Origin: Nitrososphaeria archaeon
GTDB lineage: Archaea > Thermoproteota > Nitrososphaeria > JACIWG01
Reading direction: 5' to 3'
Length of the DNA stretch: 64,000 nt
Assembly: GCA_050011875.1 (NCBI GenBank)
Contig: JBEKIG010000003.1
Coordinates: 64,001-128,000, forward strand
Part shown: positions 29,093-38,566 of the stretch, piece by piece
Layout of the letters: each line of letters begins with the position of its first letter
How positions within the stretch are numbered: position 1 is the stretch's first letter
Translations under genes and position numbers: made by a program
Notes under the pieces: model-generated
The model's database searches: none
What the model saw: the letters and a program-made list of their open reading frames with translations, nothing else
What the model was told of the DNA's origin: nothing

Positions 29093-29172
29093 AACAACAA
29101 ATACAAAGAAGGTGTTCTATAAACTTTAGGAAAAAATCATCTTCACTCTGTAATCTTTGGAGACATACTGGA

Positions 29173-30303
29173 TTACGATTTATGCAATGGATATTTACCG
29201 TATTTTCTTGCCTCATCGACCATAGTGTATATGTTTTCTACTTTAACGTTCGCATGAAGCGAATTGCTCGATGTTAGGACGTAGCCGCCTCCCTTCGCTG
29301 CCTCGTCTATACATCTTCTAACGTCCTTTCTAACCGCTTCCTCATTCCCAAATGGTAGAACATTCCTACAGTCAACGTTTCCTGCGAGACAAATTCTGCT
29401 TCCATATCTTTCTTTTACATCTTTCAAACTCATCGCCCCCGGCTCAATAGGATGGAGACCTGTTATTCCCGTATTAACGATGTCGTCAAGAATTGGGTAT
29501 AGATTTCCATCCGAATGCTTCATCAAGGGTATACCATGTTTCTTAGCGATATTTACTATCTCCTTCAGCTTTGGGAGTTCATATTCTCTGAAAAGTCTAG
29601 GGTTCATCATCGGACCTTTATTATCTGCGTAATCGTCTGTAACAAATAAAACATCGGTACCGGCTTCGATAAGGGATTTGGCAAACCCTTGACAGGTCTT
29701 TGAAATCTTGTCAAATAGCTTGCGGGCGAAGCTTGGGTTCTTGTAAAAGTCTATTGAAAGCTTGTCAATACCACCTCTAACTTGGAAAGCCATATGCCAT
29801 CCGCTGTGACATTGAGCCGTTATTACAATATCCTCTCCCCTTATCCTTCTGATTGTTTTCTGCATCATTTCTACGACATCGGGATGGAAAGGATCCGGAG
29901 GCTCGTAATTATCTAGATCTTCTGGAGAATTTATCGTACCTCCTACAAAGTATGTAGTTTTGGATCGCTGATCCGTCTGCATTATTCTACCCCAGTGGTC
30001 TATGTACCTCTTCTCGTCGATAAACTTGGGTTTATAGTCCTTGGTGGTTAGTGAATAGTCTGACATTGCCGCAACCGCATCGAAGTCGATCTTCTTGCAT
30101 GCTTCAAACATGGAAAGTCTATAATCTATAGACGACTGCCAGCTGTCGCTCCCCCCGGCCATATTTAATACTGTTCCAAGCTTCTTTCCCAAAATTGCTT
30201 CGACAATGGGTGGATCTGGACCTAAATCTGTTATCGGCACGCAATCTGGTTCCTTCAAATCAAGTGCTGCGAAGAATCGTTCCCGATGATTCATACAATT
30301 CAC
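29173..30303 (-). CDS. UROD/MtaA(MT2)-fold protein
   Basis: MNHRERF.AAL...EPD.VP, DHWG, DDYA...GPMMNP..FRE, HSDG, GLHPIEP, GNVD, GGGYVL.SSNS. Confidence 0.88.
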   Translation of the reverse strand: MNCMNHRERFFAALDLKEPDCVPITDLGPDPPIVEAILGKKLGTVLNMAGGSDSWQSSIDYRLSMFEACKKIDFDAVAAMSDYSLTTKDYKPKFIDEKRYIDHWGRIMQTDQRSKTTYFVGGTINSPEDLDNYEPPDPFHPDVVEMMQKTIRRIRGEDIVITAQCHSGWHMAFQVRGGIDKLSIDFYKNPSFARKLFDKISKTCQGFAKSLIEAGTDVLFVTDDYADNKGPMMNPRLFREYELPKLKEIVNIAKKHGIPLMKHSDGNLYPILDDIVNTGITGLHPIEPGAMSLKDVKERYGSRICLAGNVDCRNVLPFGNEEAVRKDVRRCIDEAAKGGGYVLTSSNSLHANVKVENIYTMVDEARKYGKYPLHKS

Positions 30304-30319
30304 TTACCTATATGTTGCA

Positions 30320-30405
30320 ATTATTCTTATAAGCTTTTAGCTAATCAGTAAGCCGATTCTGAACGTTGTTTGAGTGTTGATCTCAGCGAAACTTATAAAT
30401 GAAAG
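30320..30405. promoter_or_regulatory. Divergent BRE/TATA promoters for the UROD-fold gene and the RACo gene
   Basis: Minus strand AAAAGC-TTATAAG near 30327-30339. Plus strand CGAAAC-TTATAAA at 30387-30399. Each lies about 25-35 nt before its start codon. Confidence 0.6.
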
Positions 30406-30432
30406 CTTTTTAATGAAAAGTGAGCTTTAGAG

Positions 30433-32301
30433 ATGTCGAAAAGATTGCACAAGGTTACGGTTTATCCAAAGGCTTCAATTATATATACAAATGATGAAGA
30501 AACATTATTCGAAGCTTTACTTAAAAATGGAATAGAGATCGGGGGCATATGTGGCGGAAAAGGATTGTGCGGCAAATGTTATGTTAAGGTAGCTAAAGGC
30601 GCGGTATCGCCTTTGACTAAGCAAGAGGAAAGATGGCAAAGGGTTCTCGATTCAGATAGTAGACTGTCCTGCCAGATTCGTATTCTATCGGATGCTGAAA
30701 TAGAATTGAATCAGCAGTCAAGGGCTTCCGGAACCAAGATTCTTGTTTGGGGACGAGAAGTAAAATCAGAGCTAAAGCCGAATGTAACCAAGTGTAGGGT
30801 GGTGTTGAAGAAACCATCCCTAGAGGATCAAGAACCAGATCTTAACAGACTTCTCTTATATTTAGACATTGAAAGGTACGATAGCCTTATATTAAGAAAA
30901 GTTTCAAATGTATTGTGGAATTCTGATTTTGACGTCGACGTAGCTATTTTCGATGATGAACTAATCGATCTGTGTCCACATTTTGAGGCAGGTCACTTAT
31001 ACGGGATAGCTTTCGATATAGGTACAACAACCGTTGTTGGCTATTTACACGACCTAGAGGACGGAAAATTGTTAGCTATCAAATCTCACTACAATGAACA
31101 GATAAAATTTGGAGAAGACGTTATTAGCAGAATCGAGTTCGCAAACAGGAATGAAGAAAATCTGTCCAAGATGCATTCGGCGATAATTGAAACCGTAAAC
31201 AGAATCATCTCTGAACTTTTAGAAGAGGCAAAAGTAGATTCCGAAAAGATCTACGATATTGTCTGTTCCGGCAACACCGTCATGTGCTCTTTTCTCCTAG
31301 GGAATAGTGCCTACTTCTCTTCACGTGTACCATATATTCCACCTTTCACTTTACCCACGAAATCTAAGACAAGGGACCTAAAGGTTATATCAAACGGAAA
31401 CGCGTATCTTAGAACACTGCCTTCAATAAGTGCCTACGTTGGAGGAGATCTGGTGGCAGACATACTTGTTTCAGGAATACATAGATTTAAGGAACCTGCT
31501 GCTTTAGTCGACTTGGGAACAAATGCGGAAGTAGTCATTAAGACTGAAGACTGTTTCTTAGCATCTTCCTGCGCTGCTGGCCCCGCCCTTGAAGGATACA
31601 GCATAAGGAACGGCATGAGGGCGATGGAAGGAGCCATAGAGTCGGTGTCCATAAGCGAAGATAACAACGATGTCTTTTTCAAAACTATCGGTGGAACAGA
31701 ACCTTTAGGTATATGCGGTTCAGGAATCGTTGAAGCGCTGGCATGGATGAAGATAAAAGGAATTGTTGATAGAACCGGAAGAATAGTTCTTGGATCAAGT
31801 AAAAAAATCATCAAAGAAAATAGCGAACTTCAGTTTATACTCTTCCAAGAGAAAGGAAAAAAAATAGTTATAACACAAAATGATATTCGGAAGCTCCAGT
31901 TAGCTAAAGCAGCAATCTTCTCCACGTTACTGACGCTGGCAAAGCTGGGAAAGGTTGACATCAGAGACTTCAAGAAATTCTTCGTCGCAGGTGCTTTTGG
32001 CACATACATCGAGCCTTTTTACGCTACAGTGATTGGTCTATTACCTGAACTACCCAATGACAGATATATCCAGATTGGAAATGGCTCTGGTGCAGGTGCA
32101 ACAGCTCTGCTCTTGTCTAGAAATGAATGGAAGGAGGCAGACTCTATCGTTAAAAAAGTTAAAGTCGTCGAGCTCAACCTGATAAAGTTCTTTAAAGACG
32201 AATTCATCAACGCAACCTTTATCCCTCACAAAGATGAGACGTTATTCGACAAGACTCTGAGCTCGATTCGCCCCTTAGGTGGGAAACGAGATAGCGACTA
32301 A
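30433..32301 (+). CDS. ATP-dependent reductive activator of corrinoid proteins (RACo/DUF4445, ASKHA) with N-terminal [2Fe-2S] domain
   Basis: CGGKGLCGKC...RLSCQ, DIGTTTV, GEDVISRI, YVGGD, DLGTNAE, CAAGPALEG, GICGSG, DIRKLQLAKAAI, AGAFG. Confidence 0.93.
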   Translation: MSKRLHKVTVYPKASIIYTNDEETLFEALLKNGIEIGGICGGKGLCGKCYVKVAKGAVSPLTKQEERWQRVLDSDSRLSCQIRILSDAEIELNQQSRASGTKILVWGREVKSELKPNVTKCRVVLKKPSLEDQEPDLNRLLLYLDIERYDSLILRKVSNVLWNSDFDVDVAIFDDELIDLCPHFEAGHLYGIAFDIGTTTVVGYLHDLEDGKLLAIKSHYNEQIKFGEDVISRIEFANRNEENLSKMHSAIIETVNRIISELLEEAKVDSEKIYDIVCSGNTVMCSFLLGNSAYFSSRVPYIPPFTLPTKSKTRDLKVISNGNAYLRTLPSISAYVGGDLVADILVSGIHRFKEPAALVDLGTNAEVVIKTEDCFLASSCAAGPALEGYSIRNGMRAMEGAIESVSISEDNNDVFFKTIGGTEPLGICGSGIVEALAWMKIKGIVDRTGRIVLGSSKKIIKENSELQFILFQEKGKKIVITQNDIRKLQLAKAAIFSTLLTLAKLGKVDIRDFKKFFVAGAFGTYIEPFYATVIGLLPELPNDRYIQIGNGSGAGATALLLSRNEWKEADSIVKKVKVVELNLIKFFKDEFINATFIPHKDETLFDKTLSSIRPLGGKRDSD

Positions 32302-32374
32302 CATTTGAATTTCCTTTTCACTGTTCAAACAAAAGACTTTTAATGGCTCACAGCTGTCCCTAATTCAGAGCCTA

Positions 32375-33211
32375 ATGATACCTGTATTGCTTGTTACAGG
32401 AAAGGGAATAGCGGAAACGTGGGAAAAGTCTTTGAGCACGTTATGGAAAAACGGTATCAACATTAAGACCGAATATGATAAACCAAAAGATCCACCTAGC
32501 GTCGATGCTACAATGATTATGGTAGTAAGTGAACCTCTCTGTGAGCCAAGAATCCATCTATCTATTCCTTCTATGTTCAAGGACCTAGAGAAGTATAAAC
32601 AAGAAGTGATTGAAGGCGTTCATGACCATTGGATTGACCCAAAAAGCGGAAAATGGACTTACACATACCATCAGAGACTGTTCAAATATCCCACACGAGA
32701 GGGATTCATCGACCAAATCGATTATTTAATCAACAAACTTGCAAGTGTCCCCTACACAAGAAGAGCTCAGGCAATAACTTGGAACCCTATGTTGGACCCT
32801 TCAACAGACGATCCCCCATGTCTTCAAAGAATATGGCTCAGATGCACCGAAGAAGATGGTCAGTTAAAATTAAATATGAACACTCATTGGAGATCAAGAG
32901 ACGCCTACAAAGCAGCTTTCATGAACATTTTTGCTCTAACAGAACTACAGAAAAAAATTGCATCGATGCTCTCAAATAAGATCAAAAAGGCAATCGAAGT
33001 CGGACAGTACACGGATATTTCTGACTCATATCACATATACGGATCTTATTTAGACGACTTTAACAGCAGGTTCCTTAAGGCAATAGAATTAAGGGAATTT
33101 TATTCGGAGAACATACGCAATTCTCGAACCATAGCGAGTACACATCCTATTGTTCTAAAAGAGTTCGAGCAGGGCAAAATGGAACTGAAAAAAGAACTTA
33201 GATCCAAATAA
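32375..33211 (+). CDS. thyA: Thymidylate synthase (ThyA)-fold protein, archaeal/divergent type
   Basis: YTYHQRL, TRRAQA, catalytic PPCLQ, WRSRD, dUMP-specific Asn in AFMN, SYHIY. Confidence 0.8.
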   Translation: MIPVLLVTGKGIAETWEKSLSTLWKNGINIKTEYDKPKDPPSVDATMIMVVSEPLCEPRIHLSIPSMFKDLEKYKQEVIEGVHDHWIDPKSGKWTYTYHQRLFKYPTREGFIDQIDYLINKLASVPYTRRAQAITWNPMLDPSTDDPPCLQRIWLRCTEEDGQLKLNMNTHWRSRDAYKAAFMNIFALTELQKKIASMLSNKIKKAIEVGQYTDISDSYHIYGSYLDDFNSRFLKAIELREFYSENIRNSRTIASTHPIVLKEFEQGKMELKKELRSK

Positions 33212-33428
33212 TCGACCATTTTTTACGTGAAAATATAAATTGCGCAATAAGTCGATTTTTATTAGACGTGGAAAGTAGACACCATCTAAATCGTTGTTTT
33301 ATGCTCAAGTTATATAGTATTAACAGTGGAGAGATAGGGCATTTCATCTTCTAACGTTCACATACTTAATGTTGGAGTAGAATCTTCGAAATCTCACTAA
33401 GTAGCTATTCGCAAACTTTTAAAGGCAT

Positions 33429-34778
33429 TCAGGTTTCTAAGTAGTCTTTAACCTTGAGCTTGCCAACCTTTTGCTGGTAACTCGGTAGAGTTTGTTCGAC
33501 CTTCTTTAAAGGATCTCGATAAATATCATCCAATTTATCTTTCGCAGTCTCCAGATACCTTTTCTCGCTCTTGCCAAGTTTCAACCTTTGTTCTCCCATT
33601 ATCAAAATTGAAGCCTTTATTCCACTGGAGATAGTTCTAGAAAGCTCGTCCCCTCCACCGACTATGGCTCCCCCTATTTCACAAGCTATTTCTGGAGATA
33701 GAACAAAAGCCTGAGGGTCAACATATTTGTCGGATTCAACTAAAATAGTCTTCAGTTCTTGCTGCATTCCAATTTTTATCGCTGTGTTCATAATTTTTGT
33801 GTCATAGTGGAGAATCTCCAAAAAAACTTCGGGACCGTAGCCGCCGAAAAGCCTAATGTTTTCAACCTGCTCATTTGACCAGAGATCACACACTCCACCG
33901 ACAATATTTCCGACAAGACTCGAATGTGCGCAAGCAGCGGTCTTTCCTTCCAATGACATCGGGTAACCTGTTATTGCCTTAATAATTACATTTTCATAGG
34001 CGCAATCCTTTCCAGGTCCAACAGCACCCTCCTCGTACGCTACTAGACTTCTACATGCTGACATGGCCCTTACTATCGCTGCAAGAGAGTGGGGGATGAC
34101 GTTGTCTCTGAGACCCCCTGCAAGCCTCATTGAAGTATTACCAAATGCGCAGGCACTGTCACCACCCGCGATAACATTCTTATTCCTGGCGATTTTAACG
34201 ATTTCCCTCCACAATTTTTTCATATCATAAGTTGCCAAGTACCCTAATGCCGCGACAATTCCAAGAAGATCTTGCCTTATTACTGCGTAGTTAAAAAGTT
34301 CTTTTCCGCCTTCGGATTCTATCGAAAGGACATCAGCACCATTAGAAGCTACCTGCTCAAAAGCATCCATCATCCTATTAAATCCGCCTTCGTCGTTTTT
34401 TGGTTTGCCGAAATCCCTGATGTCTGGAACAGTTACTCTGAGAGCGAGTTGCATACCGTATTCTTTAGAATATGCATCTATCAGATTCTTCTGTAGTCTA
34501 GTTATTTCTCCTGGAAGAGTCGATTGCTGCATCTCAACATATGTCAATTCGGTTTCAAGCTGGAGTCTATCCACGCCTAAACTCGTTGCCCTCTTCAAAA
34601 CCTGTTCAGTTATAGCTTTGAACTCTTCCTTCGAATCTTTGCCTACTCTTGGAAAATACTTGACCTCGGGTACAACACGCCCTTTTCCTATCTCTAAGCC
34701 ATTGCCATATATCAGGGGATGGCGACTAAAACCAAAAACTAAGCTGTTTTTATCGAGCTCCACCCTGTTAAACTTCAT
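33429..34778 (-). CDS. mtaB: Methanol:corrinoid methyltransferase MtaB family
   Basis: GADVLSIES.GGKE, GDSAC..NT, GPGKDCAYEN, EGK..ACAHS...GN, DLWSNE. Zn-ligand Glu/Cys/Cys positions present. Confidence 0.92.
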   Translation of the reverse strand: MKFNRVELDKNSLVFGFSRHPLIYGNGLEIGKGRVVPEVKYFPRVGKDSKEEFKAITEQVLKRATSLGVDRLQLETELTYVEMQQSTLPGEITRLQKNLIDAYSKEYGMQLALRVTVPDIRDFGKPKNDEGGFNRMMDAFEQVASNGADVLSIESEGGKELFNYAVIRQDLLGIVAALGYLATYDMKKLWREIVKIARNKNVIAGGDSACAFGNTSMRLAGGLRDNVIPHSLAAIVRAMSACRSLVAYEEGAVGPGKDCAYENVIIKAITGYPMSLEGKTAACAHSSLVGNIVGGVCDLWSNEQVENIRLFGGYGPEVFLEILHYDTKIMNTAIKIGMQQELKTILVESDKYVDPQAFVLSPEIACEIGGAIVGGGDELSRTISSGIKASILIMGEQRLKLGKSEKRYLETAKDKLDDIYRDPLKKVEQTLPSYQQKVGKLKVKDYLET

Positions 34779-34802
34779 ACGGAGCCTGGCTCCTCCCCTT
34801 TC

Positions 34803-35462
34803 TTACTTTACCCACTGCTTGCAGAGTCTTACTCCTTCTACTGCGTTCGAGCCATAGCTGTCGGCGCCTATGCTCTTTGCAAATTCTTCGGTGACAGCCG
34901 CGCCCCCAATTATGACTTTAACCTTCTTCCTTAAACCAGCTTTCTTAAGCTCGTCTACAACGCTCTCCATTTCCACCATTGTTACCGTCAGTAGAGCTGA
35001 CATTGCGACTATGTTAGGCTTATCTTTCTTAACAGCATCGACGAACGCTTCTGGGGAGACATCAGCACCCAAATCTATGACGTTAAACTCAGATGCTTCA
35101 AGCATCATTGAGACAATGTTCTTTCCTATATCGTGAAGGTCACCTCTAACAGTTCCTATAACAACTTTCCCAATTTTCTTAATCTTGACACCCTTCAGCT
35201 TGGGCTCAAGTAGCTTTGTTACTTCTTTTCCAATTTCTCCAGCAACTATGAGCTCGGATAGAAAATATTCGGACGCTTCGAACTTTTTACCTACGATCTC
35301 CATACCCTGAGCTATACTTTTGAGGATTACTTCTTGTGGATCAACACCCATCTCCATAGCCTTTAGAGTATTCTCTTTCGATTTGTCAAAGTCAAGGTTT
35401 ACTATATTGTCGCGAATTGCTTCCAGAATCTCGTCTTTGTTCATGTCTTCTCGTCGTCTCAT
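34803..35462 (-). CDS. mtaC: Methyltransferase cognate corrinoid protein (MtaC-like)
   Basis: GM..VG.KF...EYFLSEL cap, GDLHDIGKNIV (B12 His-on), MSALL, IIGGA. Lies 24 bp upstream of mtaB. Start may be 35444. Confidence 0.93.
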   Translation of the reverse strand: MRRREDMNKDEILEAIRDNIVNLDFDKSKENTLKAMEMGVDPQEVILKSIAQGMEIVGKKFEASEYFLSELIVAGEIGKEVTKLLEPKLKGVKIKKIGKVVIGTVRGDLHDIGKNIVSMMLEASEFNVIDLGADVSPEAFVDAVKKDKPNIVAMSALLTVTMVEMESVVDELKKAGLRKKVKVIIGGAAVTEEFAKSIGADSYGSNAVEGVRLCKQWVK

Positions 35463-35604
35463 TTATCAAATCCATATTTAAGTTTTATCTGAAAAAGATT
35501 GAATGAATGAGGATTCCATTAAATATTTTTATTTTATTATCATCCCAGAACGCAAAGGGTCTTATTTTTATTTGAAAAAATTAAAGTGTAGATAGACTTT
35601 GATA

Positions 35605-36558
35605 CTAAAGCGTATTATATGATTTTATAATTTCCGCGTGGTCTATTTTTCCATCCCCGTCTTGATCGTAGCCCTTAATTATCGAAGCATACCTTGATTG
35701 TCCGTTATAGAATTTTAGTGTCTCTTCTGACGGTTCTGTCAAACCAATTATGGCCGATTTTGTTCCGAGATGTCTAATACCAGCTATAATTATGATACAC
35801 TTTTCAGGGTCATAGGGATTTTTGATCTTTGATATTAAAGCATCCGTCTCCCCCTGGTACACATTGCCATCTTGATCAATTAGACCTGACCAATAGTTTG
35901 GCTCCGCAAACTTTATAGGAAGATGCTTATTTATTTCGGATGTTATAATATTTGTTATAGGACCTCCTACTAAAATGAGGTTTTCATTATATAATCGTTC
36001 AGCTTTTATATCCGTATCTAAACGGATAATGAAATTCTTTAGATTATTTGAACATTTTCCAAGGAAAAATGATAATTCTGCTGCATAGTGACCGTCTCGT
36101 GCGACAGCCCTAAAAGGCCCATGCGGTTCAGGTGAACCTACAACGATGTACCCATTAAACGAGTCGTCTTTGCAGAATTCTTTGAAAAATAAAGGGAATT
36201 TGTTATATAAATGATAAATTTTTAAAGCTTCTTCCTTTGGTTCTTTAAATAGTATTGTAATTCCATTATTTGACAAGAGAACTTTTTTTGCTCTAGCGCC
36301 GCGGATATTCTGTTCTTCAACTATGTTTATTATGCCAGATGTTAATAGTTTTTTAATGTGATAGTAAACACTTTGTTCGTTTAATGAAAGTTCTCTGGCT
36401 ATCTCTCTGGCATACTTTGGCTTGTCTTCGATAGAATGGATTATCTTCCAACTTATGTCATTTGATAATACTCTCGTAGGGGTTAAGTCAAAAAATACTG
36501 AAGTATGGGCAGTAAGATTCTTGTCTTCTTTTTGGTATGTTAAAAGTCCATCAACCAT
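35605..36558 (-). CDS. ArsR-like HTH transcriptional regulator with C-terminal ligand/S-layer-like domain, divergent from glmS
   Basis: PKYAREIARELSLNEQSVYYHIKKL HTH, then IVVGSPEPHGP, NLILVGGPITN, IAGIRHLGT. Confidence 0.8.
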   Translation of the reverse strand: MVDGLLTYQKEDKNLTAHTSVFFDLTPTRVLSNDISWKIIHSIEDKPKYAREIARELSLNEQSVYYHIKKLLTSGIINIVEEQNIRGARAKKVLLSNNGITILFKEPKEEALKIYHLYNKFPLFFKEFCKDDSFNGYIVVGSPEPHGPFRAVARDGHYAAELSFFLGKCSNNLKNFIIRLDTDIKAERLYNENLILVGGPITNIITSEINKHLPIKFAEPNYWSGLIDQDGNVYQGETDALISKIKNPYDPEKCIIIIAGIRHLGTKSAIIGLTEPSEETLKFYNGQSRYASIIKGYDQDGDGKIDHAEIIKSYNTL

Positions 36559-36698
36559 TTTAAGTCAAATTATAATATTTTATTTCTGCTTATAAGTTTT
36601 TATTGTCTTCACACCCAAAGAACGTATTAACGGAATACGAATATTAACAAATTAGACAGCGATGGTGGATTTATACAGCTTATATAGACTTTTAAACC

Positions 36699-38477
36699 AT
36701 GTGCGGTATAATAGGTTACACAGGGGAAAATAGAGCGGCTTCAGTAATTTTTATGGCACTCAAACGATTAGAATATAGAGGATACGATTCCGCAGGAATT
36801 GCTACACTTGATGGAAATGGCAGGATCCAAATAAAGAAAGATATTGGACGCGTAGAAGAAATAAATAAAAAAATTGACCTTCAATCCATGGAAGGTACAA
36901 TGGGAATTGGACATACTAGATGGGCTACACATGGGGGAGTCACACGTGCAAATGCTCATCCTCATATTTCAAATAATAGCAAGATCGTTGTTGTACATAA
37001 TGGAATAGTTGAGAATTATCAAGAAATAAGAAAAATGCTTGAAGAAAATGGCTTCACCTTTTACAGTGAGACAGATACAGAAACGATACCCAATCTGATA
37101 GAATTAGAAATGCGAAAAGGAAAAAAATTTGAGAGTGCTGCAATTGATGCGATAAGACAACTTGAAGGATACTATGCAATTCTCGCTATGTGCGAGGGTG
37201 AAAGAAAAATAATTGCTGCCAGAAATGGTTCACCCCTTGTAGTAGGTGTCGGAAAAAAAGAGAGCTTTATTGCAAGTGACATACCTGCTTTTATAGAGCA
37301 TACAAAAGATGTGATATATGTGTACGATAAAGACTTTATAACTATAGGCTCCGATAATGAAATTAAATTCTTTTCGTTGAAAGAAAATAAAGAAGTGACA
37401 AGACCTATACATAGTATAGATTGGAGTGTTGACCAGGCGCAAAAGGGTAATTTTGACCATTTTATGATGAAAGAAATATCAGAACAAGTGGATACAATTC
37501 AAAAGGCAGCGAATCAAGATATAAAAAACCTATTTGCTGTTGCGGATGCCATTAACAAAGCAAAAGGAGTGTTTTTAGTTGCCTGTGGTAGTTCGTACCA
37601 TGCATGCCTTTCTGCGAGTTATATTTTTTCCAAAATCGTTAAGATGCATATAAATGTGGTATTAGCCTCAGAGTTCTCAAATTATGAACATTATCTTACT
37701 CCTGAAACACTTATAATAGCTGTCTCCCAGAGTGGAGAAACCATTGACGTCTTGGAGGCTGTCAGCACTGCAAGAAGAAAAAATAGTCAAGTTATGTCCG
37801 TAGTAAACGTAGTTGGTTCATCCCTCCACAGAGACTCAGATAGAGCTCTAATGCTAAATACAGGGCCAGAAATATGTGTCTTATCAACGAAGACTTATAC
37901 GGCACAACTAGCTGTTCTTTCGCTTTTGGCGTATACTGTAGCAGGTAGGTATGAAGAGGGTCTATCTAATCTTAGATATCTTTGGAATTCGATCTACAAC
38001 CTGACATCTGTAAGTACAAGAGAACATATAAAACAAATAGCTGATAAACTAAAAGACAAAGAGCACATATTCTTAGTTGGACGAGGACTGATGTACCCTA
38101 CTGCGTTAGAGGCGGCATTAAAAATCAAGGAGGTATCATACATTCATGCTGAAGGTTTCAGTGGAGGAGAATTAAAACATGGAACAATCGCTCTGATAGA
38201 AGATGGTACACCGTGTATAGTTTTTTCTTCAAGAGAAACTGAGAAGGATATCGTATCAAACGCAATGGAAATCAAGGCAAGGGGAGGATATATTATAGGT
38301 GTTAATTCAAAGAATAATCCCATCTTTGACTTCTTCATAAAAACACCTGATTCAGATATTTTGGACCCTATAACACACATAGTCCCGATTCAAATTCTTG
38401 CATATCAACTGGCAGTACTCCGTGGTTATGATCCAGATAAACCGAGAAATCTTGCTAAATCGGTGACTGTAAAATAA
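36699..38477 (+). CDS. glmS: Glutamine--fructose-6-phosphate transaminase
   Basis: MCGIIG, LEYRGYDSAG, GHTRWATHG, HNGIVEN, SQSGET, ELKHG, DKPRNLAKSVTV. Confidence 0.97.
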   Translation: MCGIIGYTGENRAASVIFMALKRLEYRGYDSAGIATLDGNGRIQIKKDIGRVEEINKKIDLQSMEGTMGIGHTRWATHGGVTRANAHPHISNNSKIVVVHNGIVENYQEIRKMLEENGFTFYSETDTETIPNLIELEMRKGKKFESAAIDAIRQLEGYYAILAMCEGERKIIAARNGSPLVVGVGKKESFIASDIPAFIEHTKDVIYVYDKDFITIGSDNEIKFFSLKENKEVTRPIHSIDWSVDQAQKGNFDHFMMKEISEQVDTIQKAANQDIKNLFAVADAINKAKGVFLVACGSSYHACLSASYIFSKIVKMHINVVLASEFSNYEHYLTPETLIIAVSQSGETIDVLEAVSTARRKNSQVMSVVNVVGSSLHRDSDRALMLNTGPEICVLSTKTYTAQLAVLSLLAYTVAGRYEEGLSNLRYLWNSIYNLTSVSTREHIKQIADKLKDKEHIFLVGRGLMYPTALEAALKIKEVSYIHAEGFSGGELKHGTIALIEDGTPCIVFSSRETEKDIVSNAMEIKARGGYIIGVNSKNNPIFDFFIKTPDSDILDPITHIVPIQILAYQLAVLRGYDPDKPRNLAKSVTVK

Positions 38478-38566
38478 TTGAAAAACTATAGGTATCAACG
38501 CATAATAAAAAAAATAAAGTTAAAATAAATTTTCTTAATACCATTAAATGAGGAACATCCCTAGGT

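Noticed and set aside
33212-33428. Intergenic region checked for a cobalamin riboswitch or ncRNA (contains the palindrome ATTGCGCAAT)
   Set aside because: Lies between convergent stops, is AT-rich, and shows no B12-box or stable stems.
33429-35462. mtaBC as evidence of methanogenesis
   Set aside because: No mcr, mtr or canonical mtaA in the window. MtaBC also occurs in non-methanogens, so this cannot be decided from the window.
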